Shown here in pieces: positions 14,201 through 27,935 of a stretch of 64,000 nt of DNA (its first letter is position 1; each line of letters begins with the position of its first letter). The DNA is from the human T2T-CHM13v2.0 reference genome, Homo sapiens. The stretch is from the NCBI RefSeq assembly GCF_009914755.1, contig NC_060931.1. One strand, written 5' to 3'. The notes beneath the pieces are model-generated. The model worked only from the letters and a program-made list of their open reading frames with translations, had not been told where the DNA came from and did not search any database. A program made the translations under genes and the position numbers.

Positions 14201-16684
14201 CTGTTCAGTGAGGTCTCTGGACTGTAAGATCAGCAACATTGGCGGTGACAGTGAAGTATGGCCTTATCGAAAGGAGAATTCATAAGAGGCTGCCCTGGGA
14301 CACTACACCCCTGTCCTTCTGTGTGTCCTGACAATGTTATCTGTCCTCTCAGTATGGAGTATCAAATGTCTGTCATGAGTACAGAAATTAATTTAATGTC
14401 ACCTGAAGACATGCAATTAATCTTTTAGAGGTTTTCATAATACCTTTACAGAAAGAGTTGCCAGTTTGGCGGATTTGGATTTTGGGGTTTAGAAGAAGAT
14501 AAGGAAAATTAATTTTTCATCAGGGTTAATACAAGTTAGCAGGGCCACAAAGGCTGAGAAAAATGGTTGGGGAATTTGTCAAGTGTTGTCACTCTAGAAT
14601 AATGCTGCTTAGCGTCTGATAGGTATAATCAAGAGTTGAGATTTCTATAGAGGGGGTTAATCAATTTGCTTGCTAGTGAATGCAAGTCAGTGATAGCACT
14701 TCTTCATGGGGTTTAAGAGTGAAAATAAGATTTGATCTGTCAAATTGCAGGAAGCCCTGACAATATCAGTAGGTGTTTTTATCTATGCATTTAAACGATT
14801 TGTTATAAATAAATTTGTCCTGCTAATGTTGGGGGCTACAGACCTCTTTTTTTTTGTAATGATTAAGCTGATAAAAAGTATTCCCTAAGCTTACTTAATT
14901 CAAATAGTGCCTTTTATAAATATACAAAAAAAACTAGTCTAAAAAGCGATTTTTATAGCATTAAAAGATAATCATTTGTGGGAAAAAAATGTTTCTGGTT
15001 TGACCAGAGATGACAAAACTTCTTTTCTCTCTCATGTGCTTTGGAGGAAGTAGAAGATATTTAAAATGCTGTCTGAACCTAGTGTTGTTTGAAGAGTTAA
15101 AAAGCGAACACCACCCTGGGAAAATTCAGTTTCAAAGCAAACATACTTTTTATGAATAGAATGTATAGTCTGTCACCCACATACAACACTTATATGTGGA
15201 TGTTAAGATAACAGCCTTCTAAAATTCAATTTGAATCAACAGTATTTTAAAATTTACTTAACTAAGTACTAGTAATTTTAGGATCTCTTTCAATGCTGTA
15301 ATTATATGCATAACTATAACCTTATAGAAGACTTATAAATAAATGGGTAGATTTAATTTGGCTTGGTTCTTATTCAAATCTTGTCTGTATGTGTGAGTAT
15401 AGGTATAAAAATATGTAATCAATTTGTTTCTCAGATGTAATCAGTTGAAGAATTTGTTCCTGGATATTTGTACTACAACATACTAAAATCAAAAGTCAAA
15501 ATCAGGAAGTTGTTTTGGTATATGCAGTAAAAGGGAATTGAAAGCGTTGTTTCCACATTGATCCTGCCATATAAATTGGGCCAAGTGTGAGTCTAGCGCG
15601 TTGCAGTTCACTCCTCTCGTGGTGCACTCTGCTTGCTATTTGTTCTGAGAGATGACATGAAATGGTAGCTGGGATCGTGATGTTTAATCTGAGCACGTTG
15701 GAAACCCAGGAGAGGCCGAATGTCACTGTGTGCCGCCCGTGAGTTGGAGTGAATGGTAAAACCCCAGGCGAAAGCACAAGTTGCAAAGTAGGCAGCAAAA
15801 TTTGGGCAGAAACGTCACCAGCAGTTTCCAGATAGCCGGGTAGCTTGGTGGTGGGTAGCATCTGTGGTATCTGGGTAGTATCAAAACCCATATTTTCCTT
15901 TCCCCAGCATGGCTGTTGTAATACCTGATTTTGTGGCTAAAATAGGACTTGTCAGTTTACAAGTAATGATTAGGACCACCAAGCTGTATTAGATGCCATT
16001 CAGAGTAACGCTTGCCTACTTCTTGACAGAGATTGTAGTGTCAACCACAGTATGGGCTGAAGTGTACCTTGAAATAAACGTCTGTCCATTGGGAAAGGTG
16101 AAATGAAAATTTTCTCAAAAACAAAACCACTAATAAAGTAAAATTTGAATGTGATCAACAGAATCCAAAGGGACAAGTTGAATCGAAGAGTCAATGGGAG
16201 AATTTGACCCATGGGTAGAAGTTGTTCACCTGATCCAAACTACGCTCCTGGCCACAACCTAGGAATGTGTATGCTAGTTCACATTCTAGTGTGAACTGGA
16301 GTAAAACCCGGGAACTTGAAACTGTTCTGTAGAATTAGCTTTTCCTCATGCTAAGTCAAAAGGGAATAATTGTTCTTTTAATTAGAAAAAAAAATTCATT
16401 TTTTTCTTACAAAATGAAACAACCTTTTACTTATGTTCAAGCCTTCATTGCTTAGCATGATCTTCAGAAAAATTCAGAAGCACAGCATTATAGTAGCCCT
16501 TCATTTAAAGTGATTTAATTGTTGATCCCGTTTGTTTCAACTCTGTCTGAAAATAGTTTCAAAATATGTTAGTGTAAACTCCTCCCCTGGTTTTGGAGCC
16601 ACAAAGATGTTCCAGCGCTTATTGTGTGACTGAAGTTTGTTTAATGGGCACAATGAGGATACTACTACTTACCTCTTAGGGAGG

Positions 16685-17111
16685 TGTATTAGGCAGTTCT
16701 TGCACTGCTATAAAGAAATACCTGAGACTGGATAATTTATGAAGAGAAGAGGTTTAATTGGCCCAGGGTTCTGCAGGCTTTACAGGAAGCATGGTGCCGG
16801 CATCTACTTGGCTTCTAGGGAGGCCTCAGGAAGCTTCCAATCATGGTGGAATGCAGAGTGGGGAGCAGGCGCATTTCATGGCAAAAGCAGGAGCATGGTG
16901 GTGTGGGGTGGGGGGCGGGGCATGTGCCATGCACTCTGAATGGCCAGATCTTTTGTGAACTCAGAGCTTGCTTATCACCAAGGGGATGGCCTAAGCCATT
17001 CACAGTCATCCGCCCCATGATCCAAACACCTCCCACTAAGCCCCACCTCCAGCACTGGGGATACATTTCAACAGAAGATTTGGGGAGGGACAAAATACCA
17101 AAACTCCATCA
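16685..17111 (-). mobile_element. MSTB-like MaLR solo LTR
   Basis: TG...CA ends, typical tgctataaagaaatacctgagactggataatttat motif, perfect 5-bp target-site duplication GGAGG (16680-16684 / 17112-17116). Confidence 0.88.
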
Positions 17112-17320
17112 GGAGGACTGAAGGAAAACAATGTCTGTACGGACCCTAGTACCTTTCTTGTCCTGTTGTAGACATTCAACAGATATGAGCTATGGATTAT
17201 TTCACTGCCAGTACTAAGTGAATATATTGAATAATACCAAAACTCTTGATGATTAAGATCCCAGGAGTGCCTTGAAAATTTCCATTATAAAGTTTTATGA
17301 TATCATTTGTTGCTATATAA

Positions 17321-17649
17321 CAGGGTCCCCAACCTTACTGGCACCAGGGACTGGTTTCTTGGAAGACAGTTTTTCCGTGGACTGGGGTTGGCGGTGGGGA
17401 ATGGTTTCAGGATGAAATTGTTGCACCTCAGATCATCAGACATTAGAGTCTTATAAGGAGCTGGCAACCTAGATCCCTCGCGTGGGCAGTTCACAGTAGG
17501 ATTCATGCTCCCGTGAGAATGCCGCTGCTGATCCGACAGGAGGCGGAGCTTAGGCAGTAATGCTTGCCTGCCTGCTGCTCACCTCCTGCGGTGCATGCAG
17601 CTCAGTTCCTAACAGGCCACAGACTGGTAGTGAGGGTTGGGGACCCCTG
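17321..17649 (+). mobile_element. MER1B-like hAT-Charlie element
   Basis: Terminal inverted repeats cagggtccccaacc / ggttggggacccctg; 8-bp TSD ctatataa / ctgtataa. Confidence 0.88.
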
Positions 17650-18306
17650 CTGTATAAGGTACAAAAACTTGTCTTGGATATAAGCAGCTCCAGAGCTTAC
17701 CCAGGCAGGGCTTCTTTCTGCTGAGCAGGTTTGTAGGAAGAGTCTTTCCTTGAAAGTTGGGTAGTCGGCATCACAAGACTCTGAAGCACCCCACTTTCTG
17801 TGTCTTCTGGTGTCTGCCTGCCCTGAGGACACTGTGGTGCACATGCCTCCAGGAAGCAAGAGACCACCGAGAGCCAGACCCACTGGGAAGAAAAACCAAG
17901 TAGCTGCATCCCAACCTGCCACTGGGACCGAAGAGTCTGTCAGTCTGGGCCCAAGAGCTTCCCAAGCAGGGAGGGGTGCAGCGGCAGGCCCAGGAAGGCC
18001 CACCCGGCCCCACGGAATGAGCAGAGGTGGCACTAGGAGGTGAGGTCTCTGTCTGCAGGGACTGTCTCATCACAGGCCTTATTCCTGTCTTTTCAGGCCA
18101 TTTCTTAGAAAGTCGTCAACGAGGTATGACACCATCACATCAGGACCCTTTCTTTATGTTACAAGATCTGCATAAGGAAATTTTAGTTTTTTTGAAACAG
18201 ATGAGGAAGAGAAAGGCTTTTTGTAATACCTGTATTTCTGAACTTTAAATAGAGATCAAGCCTACTTAAAAAATAAACTTTCCTTCAATGGAAAATAAAA
18301 GTTTAG

Positions 18307-18705
<399 letters not shown>

Positions 18706-20109
18706 CACAGTTTAAAAATTATCAAATTACTACAGTGTTATGTGTTTATCACCCAAGTACACATACACATTGTATACCTTACAACATGCAAATAATAACA
18801 TCCTCCTTTTGGTGCCACCTATTGTTGTTAAAGTTTCCTCTCTAGACCATCTTGTTTCAAGCTTTGGATTGCCAGGGAAACCGGCCAGAGCATTCGTCTT
18901 GCTGTCCGTCATGTTCTGTGAACATCGTTCCCTCCAGGCCAAAGGTACTGTCGCCTCTCTTTCTGCCACGTGACACTTCATGTTGCTGGGCTGAAAGTTG
19001 GCCTTTTATTATCTTAGTGGTGTAGTAAATAGGTGTGTACTGATTGACAGTGGCTGTAACCTAGTATTCTGATGCTATAATCTCTCTTAGCACATTCAGA
19101 ACTACTTAACTTTAAAAAGTACAGGCAACTATTTACTGATCTATTCACTAAATATTTCAGTGCCTTCTGTGTGCATGAGACATTTTGGTAAGCTGAACAA
19201 GAGATTCACTGGGGTCTAAACCACTGGCTTCTCTCAAGCACTTACAAGACAGCAAATGTTGTGGTCGGCATCCTTGGAGACCTAGTTGGTTAAGCTACCA
19301 GGGAGCTGATTTAGATTGCTTAAGTTCATACGATGGAAGTCCTTCTTAGAGAGCAAACCTTCCACAGTCCATGCATTTGCCCACGTTAGTGGAAAGGGTA
19401 GAAGTTGGAGAATCACAGTCAGTAAGACTGTTGGGTTGCTGAGTTGTGTGGAGAACTGAGTGGTCTGATGTCCCCTCCACCTAACATGGGCCCTCATGGG
19501 ACCTGGAGGTTGGTGTGAAGTGTTCGCGCTTGTAAAGAGGAGGAATGTTTTCAGTGGCAGTACAGCTGAACACGTGCATAGTGAATTTATGAATCTCATA
19601 CTAAGATTGTACTGTCAGGCAACAACATTGCAATAGGATTTTGGATAAATTAATGGTCACTGGTTCTCATGAAAGATGAGGGTATGTGGTATATATTTTT
19701 AAATTTTAAAACTTTTTAGTATAGAAAATTTCAAGCATGTATAAAACTAGAGAGAATTCACATAGTTTTTTAAGATACAGACTGAAAAATTGTGTACTCA
19801 GTATAGGCCCTCCCTGCCTGGTGGGATACCTACTCACACCTTGGGTAGAAGACCTTGTGGAGAAGATTTAAGAGGCACAAACTACCAGCCTGACTTTGGA
19901 TTTTGCGAGCGGTCTGCCTTTTCACAGTGCTTCCATTTTCATGTGGGGGTTGGGGGTAGCCCCTGTAAGACAGGAGCGACTCCCAGTAAGATCGCACGTT
20001 TCAGGCGATGATAATTCAAATGGTAGAGTCATAGAGCGTTAGGTGGGAGAACCCATCTGGCTCAGTCACCCGCAGCCCTGGCTGGACGATAGCAGATATA
20101 CACACGGTC

Positions 20110-21000
20110 CTTTCCTTTGTGTAGTGTGTTCCCTTGGTTAACCGGGGGGGTGTTAAACCAGCCCTGCGCTTCTGGGATGAATCTTACCTGGTCATGAGGT
20201 GTGATCCCTTTTCCGTGTTGCTAGATTTAGTCTGCTAATATTCTGTTGGGGATTTTTTTTCATGTATGTTTATGAGGAATATTCTTTTGCAGTTGTCTTC
20301 TCTTTTGATGCCTTTGGCCTTGTATTAGGGTAATACCAGGCCCAAAGAATGAGTGGGGAAGTGCTTCTGCCTTTTCTGTTTTCTGAAAGAGATTGCGTAA
20401 GCTTGGTAGTCTTTCTTCCTTAAATATTTGGTAAAACTTACTGGTGAAGCTATTTGGGTCTTTGTTTTTCTTTGTGAATGGTTTTTAATTCATTGTCTTT
20501 ACTTCTTAGAGTTCTATTCGTATTTTCTCTTTCGGTCAGTTTTGGTACTTGTGTCTCGTTGAATTTGCTCATTTCATGTAAATTGTCTAGTGTGTTGATG
20601 TAAAGTTGCTTGTAATGTTTTTTAAATTTCTTAGGGTCCATTGCGGTGATCCCTCTTTGTTTCCTTATTTTGGTAATTCATCTTCTTTCCTTTTTTCTTG
20701 GTCAGTATCCTTAAAGGAGCATCAATTTTTTGCTGATCTCAAAATACCAACTTTTGGTTTCACAGATTGTCTTTTTTCTGTTTACCATGCCGTTGCTTTT
20801 CGCTGTCATCTTTATCATTTTCCTTCCTTCTACTTGGGTTTGATTTCCTTTTTTGAGGACGGGGGACTAGCTTCTTGAGGTAGAAACTCAAATGACTGAT
20901 TTTAGATGTTTTTCCTTTTTGATGTCATTGCTTAAGTTGCAGCCCCTGAATTTTGATGTGTTGTATTTTTGTTTCCATTCAGTTTAAATATTTTTTGTTC
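20110..21000 (-). mobile_element. Old L1M ORF2 remnant
   Basis: T-rich + strand with L1 motifs (aagaatgagtggggaagtg, ttccttaaatatttggtaaaacttactggtgaagctatttggg). Minus ORF 20450..20641 (YKQLYINTLDNLHEMSKF) resembles L1 ORF2. Confidence 0.75.
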
Positions 21001-22834
21001 AGTGTTTGTATTATTTTTATTTCTCAGCCTAGCTTCCTAGGGGTTGACCCGACTGCTGCGTAGCTTAGTGGCCAGCCAGCGCCTGGGATGAGCTTGTGCT
21101 CAGGTCTCTGGACCCTGCATGGCCCCCCATGGCCAGTTATCTGTGTGTGGGTTGGGGCTTCCCAGGCAGCCATGTGGGGAGAGCCCATCTAGGCCTTCTC
21201 TAGCACTTTCCGTTCTGGAATTTCCTCATTAGGTTTCTCAGATTTCTGGCTGGTGTGCTGCCTGTTCCAAACTGAACCATGACCAGAGGCCCACAGACCC
21301 ATGGGCTTCCCTGTGCCTTTCCCTCTGAGGGTGCTGTATGGCCAGTGCTGCTGGGGAACTTCAGGCCTTACTGAGTTTCGGCTCTGTGCTGATGGAGCTG
21401 CCACACACTGCACTGTCCTCACAGCTCAGGAATAAGTGCTTCTCCATTCTTTTCATTTTCTTTGATTTCCAGAGTCCTCAAATGTTGTTTTGGAAAATTT
21501 TGTCCAGCTTACACTTGTTTTGGAGAGAGAAGATTTGCAGACATTTTCATGCCACGTATTCCTGTGTGACATTTTTCATCTCATCTTTTCTTGAGTCCCT
21601 GTTTCTTTGTACAGTCTTAGCAGAAACAAGCTACATCCATCTTGCCCCAATCCCATGTTCCTTCTTTTTGCAGAGCCCTTTGTTCCGTTTGGTCTCCACA
21701 AGATAACGTTTGGTAGGAAGAGCGGGACACAAGGATATGTGGGCTGCTTCTGAGCTGGTTGACCAGGTTGCCCCTGGAGACACTGGCACAGCTAAGCACC
21801 CTGTGGGGAGGGTTTACTATCCCGTGACTGACACTCCCTCCCTGTCGATGTTGAGAGTGGGCCTCGTGCTAATAAAAGCCTCCGTCTTCCTTTTCAAGTC
21901 CAAGCATCCATCCTGACATAATTCATCAGGGCGGTGTCTGCCGTCCTTGCTGTTCTTTCCCAGCCTTCAGCTGTTCTTTGGGAAAAACACTACTCAGTAC
22001 TGAAAGCAGCTGATAGGCACCACCCTAAGACATGTTTATGCTGCCTGGACGTATGAACAACATTGGTGGTGCAGTTCCAAGGTGTACGTGCCTCCTGATC
22101 GATGAACAGACTGTTAATAAAACACAAAAGATAAGATTCCTGATATTTCTAAGGTTCTTCGTAGAGTAAATGCGCTTCTTGGAAATCCACGTACTCTGTA
22201 GTTGCTAATGGCACTTGTAACTCAGCAGAAGGAAGGGAAGTTTCTAGCCAGTATTTTGTGATGCTCTTCGGCGCTTCAGAGCACTGCATTGGAGAGGTCA
22301 GAGTATTTGAAGTTCACGTATCCACAGGGGGTGGAAGGCGCCGTGATGGGTTTGGAAGACTTACAGTCGCAACCAGCAGGAGTTGGGCTCATTGCCTTCT
22401 TAGGGTAGGTTGGAATAGGAGTTAAGAGTTTAAAACCACTGCTCATGCAAACTGTACATTTTAACAAGAATGCTCTTGAAAGTGAATAATGCATGCTGAA
22501 AGTGAAAATGCGTGTTGGATATGAAGTATTTTGAAAATAACCAGTATTTCACGGAATTCGACAACATTTATTTTAATCGCAGATCTCTTATATGAATATA
22601 GTAATTAAAGGGCATCTTAGTGTTTGAAATTTCAAACATATTGTTAGAACCTGACCACTCTCCAATGAGAAATGTCCTTACTGGCTCTAGTGAAATGACA
22701 AGTTTCGAGTCACACTTGTTTGAAATGGTTTTGCTTTGTGGGTGAACACTGGCTGAGGTGGGCTTCCTAATGCTGGGGAGGAGCTTTTGGTGGAGCAGAC
22801 ACTGAACAACGTGCTGCCTTCTTGGTTTCAGCAG

Positions 22835-23041
22835 GGAGGAGAGAGCGATGGCTTTTTTCACCCAGAAGGCCAGCCCCAGCGGCTTCCCCAGCCTCCGGAA
22901 GTGGGACCACAGCCTGCCCGCAAGGTGACGCTGACCAGGGGGGGCCTCCAGCAGCCCCCACATCTGCCAGCGGGGCCCCACGCACACTCGCCTGTCCCTC
23001 CAGGGATCAAAAGCATCCAAGGAATTCACCCGGCGAAGAAG
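22835..23041 (+). CDS. RBM33: RBM33 coding exon (GGESDGFFHPEGQPQRLPQPPE...GIHPAKK)
   Basis: cttcttggtttCAGCAG tandem acceptor, GTACTG donor at 23042, 207 nt phase 0/0, in frame with ORF 22787..23092. Confidence 0.9.
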
Positions 23042-25489
23042 GTACTGCTTGTTGCCTCGCACGCAGCCCTGGAAACGCGAAGGCCGGTGTGAGGCAGTGT
23101 TCAGACGTGCTCTAATTTGTAGCGCATGGCACACAGTAGTACTCACATTCATAAGTGAACCATCATTTCCTTTGTTCTGGCTTTGAAAACGCGTTAACAT
23201 TTTCACCAAAGCCTTTTCCTCTCCTGACTTATTTCACAGAGCAAACCCAGAAGAGCACCCGCAGCCAGCCAGGAGTGCGATTGCTTCCTGCCGCTCTGAA
23301 CTGTCGACCCAGCAGCATCTGCTGTGCTCTCGGGACAGCGCCTGCTGCTGCGTGTCAGCATGCTTTCCTTCCTGTGTTCACTGACTCACCAGAAATTTTA
23401 CAAATGTGAAATCAAGTGCATGCTCATGGCCCCAGTTGAGACAGGGGAAACTGAGGTCTTTAGAAATGAAGTAACTTGCTCTAGGCCACAGTTCCCAGCT
23501 GCTTAATCCTTCCCTTAACCCTGGGGATTGGAAGGAGCTTCTCTGAGCTCAGGCTGTGAGGCAGGAAGCAAGGGTGCTCCCCATCCCCCTTTCTGTTGGA
23601 GTGGCCGTCTGTGCACTGGGAGCACATCCTGTCACGTACGCAAGTGACAGAGCGCCCTTCCCCTCAGCTTCTAGTGAGGCATCTTTCTGGCTCCCCAGAG
23701 TCTTGAGAGTGAAGTGCCCTCTTGGTGCAGAAGCCAGTAGCACCTGTTGGGTGGAGCTATGCAGAGGGAGACCTGGGCGCAGCCCTGCTTTGCGCTCTGG
23801 AGGACGGCAAGTCTGCCCGCTCATTCTCCCTCGTCATCTCGTCACTTTAGAAGTAGTGTCACTATTAAGACTATTCTGGCTCCTTTTGAAGTACTTAAGT
23901 TACTTCGTCTTATCTCATAAACACTTCATGATATGAGAGCAAACAAAATTCCATTTTGTACTAGAAAACAGATGTGTAGACAGATTCAGTGATAACGCCA
24001 GTGTTAAAGTGATGGATTTCTTTAAAGATCGCTGTGGTCTGAATTTTCTTCCTTCAGGTGCCATCCCTGAATATATGATGAGAAAGGCCTTAGAAACACC
24101 CTCCATAACGCGCACACGCACAGCACACTTGAGTTTCTTCAACTTAAATGTAAATGCTCCTGTGACTGAGGGTCATGATGTTTCCTATCTTACTTAAGCA
24201 ATTCTGAGCATCTTATAAGAAGATGCATTTAAAAAAACCTGGTGCCTGGTGTATATAAGTAGGCATTTGTTAGAGATATTATTGTTAATATCATAACTTA
24301 CTCTAGTTAGAACAGAAGACTAGTTAGTTACTACTGATTTCCAGCCAGGGTAACTGTAACTTGCAACTTTTCATGTGCATTTTCCAGTGTGGTTTCTCTT
24401 GAAATAACCCCTTGCAACTGTTTTAAAACTTAATTCACAGGCATAGTTTTGCTGCCTTCTTCAGAGTACTAAGAAATGTGGAGGTTTTCTCTTCGTTTCC
24501 TTTTGTGTGCGTGCACACTCAAGTCCTGAGGTTCTATTCCAGTTTCCACCTAACTTTCTGCCTTTCTCTGTGATGGACTGGGAGGCCACTTTTGCATTCT
24601 GCCCGAACTCCCCAACAGGATTCGGGTAGGCCATCTGGAAACCTAGTGCCGTCCATCACCACCCTGCCTTCTGCGCTTCACCGCTGTCCTAGGCTACATT
24701 GGGCACATATGTTCTCTCTGACTTTCTAATCTGGAGAAAGTGTGGGAAAGTTCAGCAGTTTCCTCTTCTTTAAAAGTTCCTTGAGCAGTAGTTTTGAACC
24801 CTTGGCAGCTTTTAAAAATAATAATGCTTAGGCCCGCCTTAGACCAGCAGAATCATACTTGGGGAGTGCCTGGGTCCTCAGTCACAATTGTGTTTTGTTT
24901 CTTTTGAAAAGCTTGCAGACGATGGAAATGTGCAGCCACGGCTGAATTTCTGGTTGCAGAATCTGCCTGGGAGGGTTTCAGGGTAGCAAATGTAGTCTCT
25001 GCCAGCGGAGTCAGGTACATGATGCTGTGGCTTGTTGTGACTGTAAGGTGGACTTAGCACTGTGCACAGCAGGTCCTGCTTAAACCAGCCTATACTACAC
25101 TAGGAGAAATGGGGGCTCTGGGACTCTCAGGACAGGATCCAAATTCTGAACTGTCATTTGCAGCAAGTTTCTCAGCCCTGACGGGTGCCTGATCTACACA
25201 GAATGATGATGACACAGAGTGCCCACCGAGCACAAGCGTGTGGCCCCTGGAGAGGTGCAGGCTTCGTCAGCTCCCTCCTCTTCCTCCGCCTACACTTAAA
25301 CTTGCTGGATATAGTTGTCTCATTTAGCTATTAAAACATTCTCTGATAGTGGATAGAAAACTACAGAAAATCCTGTAGCTCATGGTATATTTTAATGGAT
25401 TCTAAGTTATTTGTTCACTTTTATATCTTAGTGACTATCGAAGAAGCTCAGGCTTGAAACTCTGAATGTATTTCCTTTGTTGTCACCAG

Positions 25490-25678
25490 GCCATCATGCA
25501 CGGACGAGGCAGAGGAGTGGCCGGTCCCATGGGCCGGGGGCGCCTGATGCCAAACAAGCAGAACCTGCGGGTGGTGGAGTGCAAGCCCCAGCCCTGCGTG
25601 GTGTCTGTGGAGGGGCTGTCCTCGTCCACCACGGATGCCCAGCTGAAGAGCCTGCTGATGTCAGTGGGACCCATTCAG
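25490..25678 (+). CDS. RBM33: RBM33 coding exon (AIMHGRGRG...VVSVEGLSSSTTDAQLKSLLMSVGPIQ): RG motifs and start of the C-terminal RRM
   Basis: tttcctttgttgtcaccag acceptor, GT donor at 25679, 189 nt phase 0/0. VSVEGL is RNP2-like and is followed by helix 1. Confidence 0.92.
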
Positions 25679-27615
25679 GTAGCCGCCTGGGGGTGGCATC
25701 TGTGCCACGGGTAGTTGTGTCCCAAGACAAAATCATTTCTTGATTTAAAACACAGTGCCCTTTGTGTTGGCTACTTCATATTAAAATAATACTTGGGAAG
25801 TAAGACAAATAACCTGTTGTGCATACTTAGTATCAGAACATTTGCCTCAAACGTTTATTTTGAAATTTTCAGATTCTTAGTTATAAATTTTAAGAAATAA
25901 ATACCCCAGCTGAACAGATTATCCTTTGAGATCCTTTTAATTGTCATAGAAGGTTCACACTTGCACACATACATACAAAATTTTTTGTTCTATCAAATGA
26001 CTTGTTTTATTTGTAATAACATTACATTTTAAAGTATTTAGCCTTCTTTTCCTTGCTTTCCAGAAATAGCTTCATGTGCTAAATAGCTGTGACTTGGTTT
26101 AGATTTTACAAATATGACAGTATCTTGGATTGTATCTTCATCTCTTAATTTAAAGCTGGCTAACTCTAATGCTGAAACATGCCTGCTGAGCTGGCTGCAA
26201 ATGAGATGCATGAAAAGGAACACAGTTCCAGGTCCACTGGAAACAGGGTTTTCCACGGAAACTCCTGGTCTCTGTAGGCTGACCCAGCGAAGAAGCTACC
26301 TGCTTGTTCAGTCCGATTTCTGGCCTCCCCGTCAGGTGCCACCTGTGGTGCCCATTGTTGCCATTGCCACGCACCGTGCGTCCCGTGGTGGGATCTGGTG
26401 TGTCTGGGGGCAGAGCACTTTGGAAATAAGACATTTTTGGATGCACAGAGTACATGTCAGAGTTCTGAGGAGTCCAAAGTGCTTTCTTTCAAGAATCTCT
26501 TACAGCCTCTAGCTTCATGGGTGGATTTGGAAACATGTTAACACTAGGGTTGATACGGGTAATTAATGTACATGTTTTAGATCTCCATCTGCTGTTGACA
26601 GTTCCTAAAAATGAATAGATGAAAACTCTTCCAGAAACATACATGTTACTTGGGTTTAATTGCTGCCATCTTCATTACTGGCTTCCTGGGGAGATAGGTT
26701 TCATTTTTATTGGTGTGTAGTAATGGAAAGTTAACCCAAAGCCTTGGCTTCTGTTTGTGATAGAGCGGGCTCCCTAGTGGTGCAGTTAGGAATACTTCAT
26801 CAGCTATTAGAAGCGTACAGTGTATGTTTAAGGATATTTCAAAACAATTGATCATAATCTGGATTAATTTGCAGGAACACGGTAGACACTAGAGCATTTT
26901 AGATGGATTAAAATGTGGTTATCCTAATCTGAGATTCTCAAAATAAATGGTGATGGAGAATTCTGGTCCAGTAACTGTGTAGCAGTGAGTCCAGATGAAA
27001 AAACCCTGAGCCTAGTCTGTTGTGAGCCACAGATGGGTGCGCTTGGCGAGGCCTCACGTGTGTGGCCCAGTGTCCTGCTGGTCCTCCTGTCTTTGGGGCG
27101 ATCTGCACTTCCCTGTGGGCAGAAGGGTTGCACTGTTGTTTTCATATGTCACCTGCTACTTTTGTGGACTTTGCTTCATCCTGTGTAGTCTTGATCATTT
27201 TCTTGAATATTTTTGAGTGTGATCGAGTTGTCAAGATCCATACCTGAACAGCAAGTACTGTTTGCTTCTCACAGCATTGAGTGAGGCTCAGAGCCTACAT
27301 TGTGAGAATATGCTTGGAGTCATTGCCAAACCAGCTAATTTCTGTCTTGTCTTTTAAATTGAATTTTGCATTTTGTACCGTGGGTTTGTATAGACCTCTT
27401 AAATGGTCTCTTTTTCCTTCCATTTGCTTCCATTTCCTTCGAGTGCTGGGATTACAGGCGTGAGCCACAAATATTTTTTATCCTAAATGTTTTGGAATAG
27501 TGTCGAGTCTCTGTCTCTTTGGGATATGGCACCACCTAGTGTTCACTGGTGTAATGCCAGGTGGTGTCTACACCAGGAGGACCTATATTCATTCCTTTGG
27601 GCCTTTTAATTTTAG

Positions 27616-27935
<320 letters not shown>

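Noticed and set aside
22568-23209. 213-aa minus-strand ORF
   Set aside because: Antisense shadow of the GC-rich RBM33 exon.
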